A stretch of 64,000 nucleotides of DNA from Octopus sinensis (taxonomy: Eukaryota). Both the position numbers and the translations under genes were made by a program. Each line of letters starts with the position of its first letter. The stretch's first letter is position 1. The DNA is taken from positions 124,001 through 188,000 of the forward strand of contig NW_021836127.1 in assembly GCF_006345805.1 (NCBI RefSeq), given 5' to 3'. This document shows, piece by piece, positions 39,390 to 50,730 of this stretch. Below the pieces are notes generated by a model. The model saw only the letters and a program-made list of their open reading frames with translations, had not been told where the DNA came from and ran no database searches.

Positions 39390-42082
39390 TGTCACATGGG
39401 TGATCAGACCCCTATGGGCAACCTGGCCTTTACGTGTTTCCATGGCAACTACATAGCAAATATTTACTAAAAGGCCAACTATTAGAAAGGCAAACGATCC
39501 GAACTAATGATTGAACTTTAAATTTTTGAGAAAATGATGTTTTATATTTAAACCATGCTTGCTTTAAAATAGTAAAATTATTTACAACATTAGCAAATTA
39601 TAATGTGAATTATTTTTATTTTTGATAATATAAATTGCAACATTAGCAAATTATAATTTATATCAAATTTTTTGCAAAGTTTGTAACAACTTTAACTCTA
39701 ACCTTAATTCAAACCCTAACGTTGGCAAGTGACAACATAAATATATTCAAAATCTAACCCTAACCTTTACCCAAACCCTAACGTTGGCAAGTGACAACAT
39801 AAATATATTCAAAATCTAAACCTAACCTTAACCCAAACCCTAACGTTGGCAAGTGACAACATAAATATTCAAAATCTAACCCTAACCTTAACCCAAACCC
39901 TAACGTTGGCAAGTGACAACATAAATATTCAAAATCTAACCCTAACCTTAACCCAAACCCTAACGTTGGCAAGTGACAACATAAATATTCAAAATCTAAA
40001 CCTAACCTTAACCCAAACCCTAACGTTGGCAAGTGACAACATAAATATTCAAAATCTAACCCTAACCTTAACCCAAACCCTAACGTTGGCAAGTGACAAC
40101 ATAAATATTCAAAATCTAAACCTAACCTTAACCCAAACCCTAACGTTGGCAAGTGACAACATAAATATTCAAAATCTAACCCTAACCTTAACCCTAACGT
40201 TGGCAAGTGACAACATAAATATTCAAAATCTAACCCTAACCTTAACCCTAACGTTGGCAAGTGACAACATAATATTCAAAATCTAAACCTAACCTTAACC
40301 CAAACCCTAACGTTGGCAAGTGACAACATAAATATTCAAATCTAACCCTAACCTTAACCCAAACCCTAACGTTGGCAAGTGACAACATAAATATTCAAAT
40401 CTAAACCTAACCTTAACCCAAACCTTAACGTTGGCAAGTGACAACATAAATATTCAAAATCTAACCCTAACCTTAACCCTAACGTTGGCAAGTGACAACA
40501 TAAATATTCAAAATCTAATCCTAACCTTAACCCTAACGTTGGCAAGTGACAACATAAATATTCAAAATCTAACCCTAACCTTAACCCTAACGTTGGCAAG
40601 TGACAACATAAATATTCAAAATCTAACCCTAACCTTAACCCTAACGTTGGCAAGTGACAACATAAATATTCAAAATCTAACCCTAACCTTAACCCTAACG
40701 TTGGCAAGTGACAACATAAATATTCAAAATCTAAACCTAACCTTAACCCTAACGTTGGCAAGTGACAACATAAATATTCAAAATCTAACCCTAACCTTAA
40801 CCCTAACGTTGGCAAGTGACAACATAAATATTCAAAATCTAACCCTAACCTTAACCCTAACGTTGGCAAGTGACAACATAAATATTCAAAATCTAACCTT
40901 AACCCTAACGTTGGCAAGTGACAACATAAATATTCAAAATCTAACCCTAACCTTAACCCTAACGTTGGCAAGTGACAACATAAATATTCAAAATCTAACC
41001 CTAACCTTAACCCTAACGTTGGCAAGTGACAACATAAATATTCAAAATCTAACCCTAACCTTAACCCTAACGTTGGCAAGTGACAACATAAATATTCAAA
41101 ATCTAACCCTAACCTTAACCCTAACGTTGGCAAGTGACAACATAAATATTCAAAATCTAACCTTAACCCTAACGTTGGCAAGTGACAACATAAATATTCA
41201 AAATCTAACCCTAACCTTAACCCAAACCCTAACGTTGGCAAGTGACAACATAAATATTCAAATTCTAACCCTAACCTTAACCCAAACCCTAACGTTGGCA
41301 AGTGACAACATAAATATTCAAAATCTAACCCTAACCTTAACCCTAACGTTGGCAAGTGACAACATAAATATTCAAAATCTAACCCTAACCTTAACCCTAA
41401 CGTTGGCAAGTGACAACATAAATATTCAAAATCTAACCTTAACCCTAACGTTGGCAAGTGACAACATAAATATTCAAAATCTAACCCTAACCTTAACCCT
41501 AACGTTGGCAAGTGACAACATAAATATTCAAAATCTAACCCTAACCTTAACCCAAACCCTAACGTTGGCAAGTGACAACATAAATATTCAAAATCTAAAC
41601 CTAACCTTAACCCAAACCCTAACGTTGGCAAGTGACAACATAAATATTCAAAATCTAACCCTAACCTTAACCCAAACCCTAACTCAAAATTAAATGATGT
41701 TTCTGCTGACGATTCTTCAGACATTTTTGACAAAAATTGGAAGCCTTTTTGGCCAACCGGTGTTTGCTTCGAGCATTCATATCCTCCGGGAATATCCCGA
41801 TTAACGCTTCCTTAATTTGATTGTATTCGTTCATATTTCTGACGTAACCCTTAAACCCAGACATCACAAAGTGTGAGTAACCACGCTGTTAAAATTAATA
41901 TACTTTTGGGTAAGCCATTTTTAAAAGATAATTCAAATGTAATTTTAAATTAGAATAATTGATTAATCTACACTCTTCCATATATAAATTGCTATATTCA
42001 ATATTTAATAGCTGTTCTGTGGTTTCCATAGAAACACGTAAAAGGACTGGCTGCCCATAGCGACATAGTCGCCCATGTGACA
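39390..42082 (-). mobile_element. TIR element with TGT...ACA ends (Ginger-like), interrupted by a minisatellite
   Basis: About 65-bp imperfect inverted repeats TGTCACATGGG...TTTACGTGTTTC at 39390-39453 and 42018-42082, with TA on both flanks. Track ORF 41679..41867 (YNQIKEALIGIFPEDMNARSKHRLAKKASNF) resembles the N-terminus of GIN/Ginger integrases. Confidence 0.6.
39698..41683. repeat. Minisatellite of 48/54/60-bp units with telomere-like hexamers (about 35 units)
   Basis: A constant core ACGTTGGCAAGTGACAACATAAATATTCAAAAT followed by a variable number of CTAACC/TTAACC/CAAACC hexamers. Confidence 0.98.
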
Positions 42083-42393
42083 TAAGAAAAGATACAATCT
42101 TTAATTCATTTATTATGAGTACGTTGTTTATGTTCATCAACAGCAGATTTTGTGGAGGCTAAAAGTGCGACCAACGTTCGGTTAATCTGTGGGCCCTTTG
42201 CTAGACCTCCTCGATTCTCCTCCTGTTGTACCAAGATAACCGCGGTCCCCATGACCCACAGGCCTAGGAAATGGACGGTTCAAAGTATTGACGGTAAGTA
42301 TAATGTATTAAGAGCATTAATTTATTATTTAAAGATTTTATTAAATAATTAATTTTTTAATTTAATTTTCAAAAATAATGGTTCTTTGTGCAT

Positions 42394-42963
42394 ATGGAAT
42401 TACTTGTTGATGTATCTATTTCTAATACACTCGATTTGGTTGAAAAACGTCTAAAAGAAATTGTGAATTTTAAAATATAATTATTTTTGTGTAGAAAAAA
42501 GACTATGATTTGTCTGTCGAAAAACTATTGAATAAATATGAGATGAATTTTAAATCTCTTGATGAAGTATTTTTTTAATAATTTTTAAATCGATTCATAA
42601 CATGAATCATTTTTTTGAAAATGAGATTAAATCTAATTTGGAAAATTTGGATAGTAAACTCGAGGACATTTATTCCGAAATTGATATTTTAACTGTTATT
42701 TTAATTTTTTAAATTTTTTTAGAATTTGATGGATGCCTTAAAAAGAAATATTGAAAGCGTCAAAAACGTTCTAATAAAAAGCGAAAAAGATTTCCCAGAA
42801 TATTCTAAATATCCATTTTATAAAAAGTTTCTAAATTTTTTTCAGGTTAGTTTTTCTATAAATATTTTTACAGCTTGGTGAAAGTAGCTTAAATAATTCT
42901 TTAAAAACATTCGAAATGCCGAACTTAATTGATGTGTACTCTATAATCTCACAACTTGACTAA
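42394..42963 (+). CDS. Small coiled-coil protein, possibly BLOC-1 subunit 4 (cappuccino)-like; about 5 exons
   Basis: An open spliced frame with GT-AG introns: MELLVDVS...KLEDIYSEIDILT|NLMDALKRNIESVKNVLIKSEKDF...FEMPNLI..QLD*. Similarity to BLOC1S4 is by eye only. Confidence 0.55.
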
Positions 42964-43189
42964 ATAATTTGTTTTCATTAATTTATTAATATTTTTAACT
43001 ATTTTTTTATTACGGTTTTCTCTGAAAAAATGAGGGAACGCAGTTTCAGTCTGAGGGCGTCTTTATTTCAGAAATGTATAATTATTGTCTATTGCTGACG
43101 AATTATTTTAATGTTTAAAGAATTTCTGAAGCGATAATAAGTGACTGAAATAATATTAATGAATTAAACGGCTGATGCTCTACTGGGCG

Positions 43190-43270
43190 AGAGACTGACG
43201 CGATTGAGAAAGAGTTCGAGCCCACTATCGCGAGGAATATCTGCTCAAAGAGCCATCTCGATTCGCGGGC
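43190..43270 (-). mobile_element. CRE-type 3' terminal fragment
   Basis: Nucleotide similarity to 44430-44515 (GACGCGAT.GAGAAAGAGTT.GAGC...CTATCGC.AGG.ATATC). Confidence 0.7.
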
Positions 43271-43559
43271 GTTAATTAATATGAATTTTTAATTATTAAA
43301 CCGCTCAGAGATAAATTTAAATCTAAAAAGAATATATTTAGATTTGGCAAAGAATATATTTATAGAAAAAAGTGTTATTGAAATTGTAATATATACTTGC
43401 TGCCATTTTTCAAAGATTATACAAATCATAATCTTCTTTATAGCGCTTGCATCTAAGAGATTGTCTTATTCCTGAATAATTATTATAATTAATGTGAATT
43501 ATTGTCTATAAATATAACAAAAATTCATATTTTAGACTGAATTTGGGATTAGAATACAC

Positions 43560-43980
43560 ATCAACCCTTTCAAAAACTTTTTTCCCTCTCGACGCCTCCA
43601 ATAAACACGTGTTTAGGTCGAAACTTGTTCTCCAAATTTTTTTGTCCAGGAACACTACTGATTTATGATTGGAGGCTGCTCAGTTGGTTGGTATGGAGAA
43701 GTGGCCTGCCTGTTCGGCACGGAAGTATTCACGTTTAACCACGTCGAGGTGAGTCGAGTCGACCCGAGTAAACTAATTGTAGTTGGTCACTCTAAACTAA
43801 CTCACATGGGATGGTAATTCTTGAAGGAATGAATTTTTTTATTGCCCCTTTCAACAAAGCCTCAACAAGTCTTACGTGATGGACACTGACGAACGCTTTT
43901 TATATGTTTAGACATCACGCATTCTTTTTTTACTTGCGGAGTTTGGAATTGATTTGCTTAGTTTCATTAATCAATTTTCT
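43560..43980 (-). mobile_element. Possible degenerate Merlin transposase fragment
   Basis: KKECVMSKH...CPSRKTC and HVFIGGVERE are weakly similar to Merlin motifs. Confidence 0.35.
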
Positions 43981-44209
43981 GTTATTTTATTGTTACAGAA
44001 TCTGATAAGTAGTTAATAAGGAAATTGGCCTTCTCAATAGATCTGTACGAACGATTAAATATAAATCTCTCCATTATCTTTGAAACAGGACAAAGTATTT
44101 TAGGAACTTGAGTGATTGTTTCGTACGTGCTTAAAACTTATTCAATTAAAATGTGACTGATATAAAATAACTTGTTAAAAAGTTAAAGATAGCTAAGCTA
44201 ATTAATGGC

Positions 44210-44362
44210 CTCACGAGAGACCCGGCCAGCTTCGCGAATGGCAAAGGCGTTCCCTCGTATCACAGCAATCGACAGACGTTCCAGGAGCTAAGAATACTCT
44301 CTTGAATCGTGGCTTGTCCTTGAAATCCGTCCACCGAGCGAGCGAAGGAAACTGAGTAACTT
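44210..44362 (-). mobile_element. Older CRE-type 3' fragment
   Basis: LLSFLRSLGGRISR...LERLSIAVIRGNAFAI. Confidence 0.75.
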
Positions 44363-44821
44363 TTTTTTTTAATTTCGATAATTTTTTTTCAAAGTAAATA
44401 ACTACAAGTTAATTAATAAAAGCTTCATGGGCGGGAAGCCGACGCGATCGAGAAAGAGTTAGAGCGTACTATCGCAAGGGATATCCGCTCGAAAAACCAT
44501 CTCGATTCACGGGCGTCGCCTGTGATAGCAGACATGCGGGACCCGATCTCCAGAACGAAGCTGATTGCCTTACTGCCCAAGGAACCGGAAGTCTCAACCG
44601 CGAATGGAAGGAATTGGAACTTCTCCGTAAGTGAAGAGTACTTCCGCATCTTTTTGCATTCCGCGGTTGTGACAATGGATCCAGGAGCGGATGAGGAGAT
44701 CAGCAGGTTCTGAGGCGAGAAAGTGTCCACACACGTGGCATCCCAGGTGAAAGGCTTCCCCTGTTTAAGGGAAACACAGTGATCCCGTCCCCCCGATCGA
44801 TCCCAGAGGGTTCAAGCAGGG
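44363..44821 (-). mobile_element. 5'-truncated CRE-type insertion with poly(A) tail and 12-bp TSD
   Basis: FTWDATCVDTF, FLPFAVETSG and WFFERISLAIVRSN; A-tract at about 44361-44370; TSD ACTGAGTAACTT at 44351-44362 and 44822-44833. Confidence 0.9.
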
Positions 44822-44869
44822 ACTGAGTAACTTGTATTTAGAAAAAGTTATAAGTTGATAGTATGAAAT

Positions 44870-45005
44870 AGCCCACTAGTGGACTTACAGAAATTGCATC
44901 GTCTAGCAGAGCAAAGACGTGCGGGAATTGGTTGCAGTTTTCAATTAGCAATAATCGCGCCTCGGTAAAACCTCATTGACTACGATACTGCCACTGCGCA
45001 AAGAT
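44870..45005 (-). ncRNA. U4: U4 spliceosomal snRNA
   Basis: The minus strand reads ATCTTTGCGCAGTGGCAGTATCGTAGTCAATGAGGTTTTACCGAGGCGCGATTATTGCTAATTGAAAAC, nearly the canonical U4 5' half, then an Sm site AATTTCTG and a 3' hairpin AGTCCAC-TA-GTGGGCT. Confidence 0.96.
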
Positions 45006-45299
45006 AATTCGCAAAAATATCGCGGAATAAATAACCATTCAAATAAATTGAAAAATCTATGTTATATTTTCTGCGTTAAAATCATTTTATTATTTAGATA
45101 TTTATTTTAAATAAAGATCTCATATATTATTCTATCCTTTTATTTTAACAAATTAAATCGTTTAGTAAAATTAGAACATCCCAGGGTGATTCCTTTCTTC
45201 TTAACGATTTACCATTTACTTTGTATCTGGACTCTGTAAATAGTTAACTGTTATACAGGAAACGTAGAAAAGACATATTATACGGAGGATGTAGATTCT

Positions 45300-45880
45300 G
45301 TATCATGGGACGTGACCACACTCCAATACCTACTAGAAAATGAATCTTCGGAGCTTGTGATATGGCTTCTCAGCGTAAATGTAATCAAAATTGGAATTAT
45401 GGAAATTAAGAAGAATAGGAAATTATTTACGAAAAAACCTCAGTTATCTACTAGTAGAAACCGAAGATATACTAAAGAGGAAAACACTGGTAACGGAACG
45501 ATGGCCAAACTGAATAAAAGATGGCTAAAAGCCAAAGACTCGGAATTGACTTCAGAAGCGGCCTTTATAACGCGTTTGTAAAACCGATCCTACTGTACAA
45601 CGCTGTGACATAGGAAAATTCCTCCAACGAACTATTGAAACTGGATTGGTTCCATAGAAGGCAACTAGGAAGCTTACTCGAAATGGAGTGGTCGTAAAGA
45701 ATATAAACCACTGATATCTATAACAAGTGTATGTGTTTGTACATCAGCGAAAATGTGGTAGATGCCAGATTGAGGCTATTTAGACATGTAATAAGAATGA
45801 ACTCGGACGCACCTGCTAGCGAAGCGATGGAAGGTTACTTTGACAGTTGCGACAAAGCCTTCCGCAAAAAACCTATTCTT
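45300..45880 (+). mobile_element. RTE-like LINE 3' remnant
   Basis: LYNAFVKPILLYN, KLDWFHRRQL and DARLRLFRHVIRM; related to 51990-52930. Confidence 0.7.
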
Positions 45881-45999
45881 TCGAAATACAATGCAACTAT
45901 ATTGTTTTTATTAATTATTTCAATAATTTATCATTTTTTAACAGGGTTGCTAAAAATCATAATTTTTTGTGATTTAAAACAGATTTTTGTGAAATAAAA

Positions 46000-46760
46000 G
46001 CTTGTAAATAAAGACATGTTTGGCAGCCTTTTCAATTCCAAATTTATTTCGTAAATTCGAATGTAGGAATCCAAAAGTCGACAAGATTGATTCTATTCTA
46101 GCTGTTGGGGCAGCTGGTCCAAGAATTTTTTTGAAAAGTGAAATTTTTTCAGAAATTAACTGTTAATAGTTTGACGACTTCCACAAGCTATAGGATTGTT
46201 TACTCATTAAGTTTGGAGCTAACATGTATTGCTTAAATGGTTTAGCTCTTGCTTTGAAATTAATCAGAGTCGGAAGAGCATATTCATAATGTTTCGCCAA
46301 ACCGGGATGAATCTCTACAGTTACAAGAGATTTCCCAAGATGCTGAGTCCATTAGATTGCAAGTAAGTGGAAAGGTATTAATGCTTGATCAGCCAGAGTT
46401 TTCACTTTTTCTAAGATAGCTGTACATTCATAGTCCATATAAGTCTTTTCAAGTTCCTTCCGAATTTCTACAGAATGACTAATCTTTGTAGAATTATTTT
46501 GCATTTTTTTCCAGAGGTGTCCACAGTGTCAATTAGATAGCTTTCTCTATCCAACGCTACAACCGAAACACAAATAATAGGTTCATTATGAATGTTACTT
46601 CACCGATTCAGCATCATAGATACTGTTTTGTCCTGAAGTCTTTGTCGACAGTCCTCATGTAGTTGGTCGTGCACTTGATCGAGCAATGGACCAACAATTT
46701 GATGACGGAAGGTAAACGATAGCTAGGAAGAAGCATACGGAAAAATTAAAAAAATTGTGT
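46000..46760 (-). mobile_element. Degenerate hAT-like transposase
   Basis: C-terminal ARIESILSTFGFLHSNLRNKFGIEKAAKHVFIY resembles the hAT dimerisation region. Confidence 0.65.
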
Positions 46761-46849
46761 TCGGCAAGCTGGGATTAATTTTTTTAATAAAACCAGTCGG
46801 TATTAAGTTCCAAATATTTAGGACTTTGTATCAAGTCCGAAATATTCTT

Positions 46850-47400
46850 TGAATGGAAGTTGTTTAATTCCTTCTTTATATGAGCTCATATATGTTCGAT
46901 CGGATTTAAATACGGTCATTAAGGCGCCTATGGTAAAAAATTTACTGTACTTTTCTTGAAAAAGATCGCATAGTCATCTTGGAAGAATAACATCGTGTTA
47001 GAAAATAGTCACTGTGCTCCATTTTTTTCTAATTCTCATAAATGGTTACATAATGTGTTAATATAAACTGAAGAATTCATATTTCCGTCTATAAAAGTAA
47101 ACGAGACCATTCCGTAATAAGATAAAAGTCGCAGACCATAACTTTCTAGTAATAAAAGATTGCTTTTTTGAAGGCCTATATTGCCGATTTTTTAAATTAA
47201 AAAATTTGAAACTACATTCATTACTGAAAACTGTCCTCATCCATTCAGTGTTTGGGACAGTAGTAAAATGCTTTGAAAGTTATGGCGTTTTCACAATTTA
47301 TTTTGTTCAAAAATTGTTTCTACATACACGAGCATATATTTGCTCTCTTCTTAAATAATTTGCGATGCATCTTTTTCCTACTGTTTTGCTGGTGAATTTT
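46850..47400 (-). mobile_element. Degenerate Tc1 transposase fragment
   Basis: TVFSNECSF and FQDDYA motifs. Confidence 0.5.
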
Positions 47401-47773
47401 ACGTTGATCATTATGCAATCAGCTGTTTTTGAAGGGTTCTCTTTAACCAGGTTGAGTAAAATAGAAAAATCGTCTTTATTAAAAATTTTTGGTCTCCTTG
47501 AATTTTTAATTTTTTCAGTGGGAACATATTTAATAAATTTTCTGATGAAATTAGCGATAGTTGATCGCGAATATTAAGCTCTCAGATATTTTTTATTGAT
47601 CCCTTTTAACTATCCGGGCTTGAATTTGTTTCTTTTGTTATTATATCAAAGACTCGTAATTTTATAAACCATTTAAAATGTTTAAAAAGTGAAAAAAACA
47701 CCACCTTCACACAAAAAACGGTTTTTAATCAAAGGCGCACATGTAATTAAATTATATGGCACAATACAAAATA

Positions 47774-48405
47774 CAGTCGAACCCCGCCCCAACAAAAACC
47801 CCGCCTTGGGGCACCCTCGGTTTTTGGGGCGATTTTATTTTTTAGTACATTTTTCAGCAATAATTTCCAAGTTTGGAAATTATCAAAACCCCACTATGGG
47901 GCACTTTACTAATTTATTTTAATATTATTACATAATATTTTTTTGAATAATATTATTTTTGAACGTTTGATACTTCTCTTTGTGTAATGCCTTCCAAGAT
48001 TTCTATTGAAACAAAAATTAAAATTGCAAAGTGTCTACAAACTTCTTCTGAAAGAGAAGTTGCAAAAAAATTCAAGATAAGCAAGCCAGCAAAGGCACTA
48101 TTTCCCGAATAAAAAAAGCATTTCTTCTTTCATTAATACCGGATCAGTCATTTCAAGATTAGTTCAAATAGATGAAGTTGAACAAGCTTCTAATGAAACA
48201 AATCAATTTGAAAAACTTGACGAATTAACTTTTAATGCTTTTCGTCGATTGAGGGAAGATTTCTTTTCTATTTCGGGTACATTAATCAAAGCCATTGCGA
48301 AAAAAATATCGACAAAATTGGATTCTCGAACACCTTTTAAAGCCTCAAACGGTTGGCTAGACAGATTTAAGAAGAGACATGATTTTGCTTTTGGCCAATT
48401 GCTGT
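47774..48405 (+). mobile_element. Tigger-like pogo 5' part, truncated by a CRE insertion
   Basis: TA|CAGTCGAACCCCG terminus; REVAKKFKISK and FKASNGWLDRFKKRH. Confidence 0.8.
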
Positions 48406-48409
48406 TGAA

Positions 48410-48640
48410 ACCTCCTGTGTTTTTGGGGCCAAGACGCTTGCCCATCTCAAGAAACTTGGCCGCTTGTGCACCCACCGCTCCAGAGATCCGAGGGAATTTA
48501 TATTCCTCATTCAGAGGATCTCGCTGGCTGTTTTACGCGAGAATTGTCTTTCAATCCTGCGAGCCAGTTCATAATAGCTAGTTTTTTTTTGTTGATTTCG
48601 TTATTTTTAAATAAACCTTTAAGATTAAAAAAAAAATTTT
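48410..48640 (+). mobile_element. Short CRE-type insertion with 5' inversion
   Basis: 48410-48483 encodes SGAVGAQAAKFLEMGKRLGPKNTG on the minus strand. 48481-48570 encodes the continuation RDPREFIFLIQRISLAVLRENCLSIL on the plus strand. An A-tract lies at about 48628. Confidence 0.75.
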
Positions 48641-48877
48641 TTTCAATTCCAGAAAAATGTTAACTAAGGTTAATGTTAACCAAGGTCATCCTAAAATTAT
48701 CTGATAAGTATAGAATTCATTCTTTAGTTTTAATACGGTTTACTATGTTGTTCGTTGATTAACCATTAAGTTATTTTTAATATTTACGAACTGTGAAACT
48801 TAAAAAACTTAGTAAAAATCCCCAAAAATTACAATTAATAACCAAACTCAACAAATTAGTAAAAATCCAAAAGAAAT

Positions 48878-50006
48878 TTACGGACAAATGACAATCTTTC
48901 CAAAAGTGCCAGATGAATGTTCAATAACTTCTTTGTGGGCCTCATTTGCCTGATTTAGCTCAAACGTAGATCCTATGACTGGATTAATTTTTCCTTCATC
49001 AATTAAACGATGAATTTCATTTGCACTTGATTCAATTTCCGACTAGTTAATATATTATATTATTAATAAACATTTTTGGCATTGAGCAAGCACATCCCCC
49101 GGACGGTTAGTTCTCCGGCGAGGATCTGACGTGGATTTATTGCAATATCTCCCCGAGCTCCCACAATCTAAATTTGTCAAAAATATTGAAAACAATTATT
49201 CTTCCTTGAAATGTCGAAATAAAAAAATCGTTAGCAAGATTAACATTTGCTAAACATTCAATAATCAAATCAAATCTCATATTTGCGTCCTAAATAATAA
49301 ATATTTAAAATACGATAATTGTTTGAATATAATCATTTTCTTTATGATTGTAGACCTTTCTAACACCCAGTTTTAAAAGCATAGTTCTCCCAGCATTAGT
49401 CCCTGCAGTCCCATATACTTCCATTCCTGCTGCAAGTGCTATTTCACAGGCGGCTATTCCAACCTAATATTATTCTATAAAACACAAACCGCCCCACTTG
49501 CGCCATGTATAAATACTTTTTCCTGCGGTTTTGCATTTCCACTGTTAGAATAGTGTTAGTAACTAACCAGAAAAAAAGAGCTCGGTGAGCTGAATAGTAA
49601 GGAATGCCTAGAGCTGCCCCTTGTTCAAATGTTAGGTTTGGATGTAACGGCATGACACAGGAGGACTCGGCCACACAGTACTCTGAATAGGTACCATATG
49701 GAGATGTTGCTTTAAAAATATAAACACGATCATTAATCTTGAAATAAAAAATAAATAATGACAAAAAATTACATTTTGATTTTTACAATTAGCTCCTACT
49801 TTAGTAATAATTCCTGCTCCATCAATGCCTGGTGTATAGGGATACGGTTGATTTGGGAAGAATACACCACTCCGAATATATGTATCAACTGGGTTAACTC
49901 CTGCTGCTTTGACTTGGACAAGAACTTGATCTGGGCTGATTTCTGGAATAGGTCGAGTAACAATTTCAATATTTCCAGATGGTTTAGAAACTATACAAGA
50001 CTGCAT
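48878..50006 (-). CDS. CRYZ: Zeta-crystallin-like NADPH quinone oxidoreductase, multi-exon
   Basis: [52 protein letters not shown] and [18 protein letters not shown]. Confidence 0.9.
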
Positions 50007-50253
50007 AACTCAAAAATTTTAATAAAAAATTCTATTAAAAATTATATATTCTATTCTATTTATTATAACAACAATAAATATTTGAAGACCTATATCACTG
50101 CTCTATCAAGGTGAGGATAAAAACGGGACACTAAAAGTTGTCTCCAAAATTTAAAACTGGTTAATTTTTTATTCAAATAATTAGTTTTTAAACCATTAAT
50201 TTAGTAAAAAAATCTTTATTTCAGAAATTAAACCAAAAAAATGAAGTTCAACA

Positions 50254-50730
50254 TTAAGAATACGCTCTAATGTAGGCCCAGGATTGAGATAGCATAAAAA
50301 TCATACTAAACCCTAAAGAAATAAAATTAAATATATACCGGCAATGAAAATTGGCATAACTATTCCAGATTTGATTTTTGAGTTGTGAAAGACATACAAC
50401 TCAGATATAAAATGTAAAAAAGCAATAAAAAATGACATAAAAGTCAAAAATTGCAAACTATATATTAACTAAAATATATATACTTTATATCATGGAACAT
50501 TACAGCAGTGTAGAATCTTATTATACCAGAAAGTGCAGTCCAAACAGAAAATAATCGGCCAGTTAGAGAATTTACTATTTGGAATTATTTTATTGTGATT
50601 AACCTTGGTCGATCGAATTAACATAGAGACGTACTCCCAAATAACGATGAGATTTAAACGATGTAAAACTGCTCATTAAACTGATTAAACCTAAAAGTCC
50701 AATCCAAATTCTGAGAATAAAAAGCATCAT
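50254..50730 (-). CDS. ERG28: Ergosterol biosynthesis 28 homolog, 4 exons (not in ORF track)
   Basis: Spliced: MMLFILRIWIGLLGLISLMSSFTSFKSHRYLGVRLYVNSIDQ|VNSLTGRLFSVWTALSGIIRF...LHFISELYVF...PIFIA|GFSMIFML...*, aligning by eye to human ERG28 (RTFGIWTLLSSVIR, HFLSELFVY). Confidence 0.88.

Noticed and set aside
39698-41683. CRISPR-like array (constant core plus variable part) or a true telomere
   Set aside because: The variable parts are only different numbers of the same hexamers, not unique spacers. There are no cas genes, the context is eukaryotic, and the array is internal with a non-telomeric core.
39778-41733. Repetitive ORFs on both strands (LASDNINIQNLT / LGLDFEYLCCHLPT)
   Set aside because: They are by-products of a stop-free minisatellite whose unit lengths are multiples of 6.
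18136-45005. Functional clustering of INTS1 (snRNA 3' processing) with U4
   Set aside because: They are 20 kb apart with unrelated genes and transposons between them; a single co-occurrence is not evidence.
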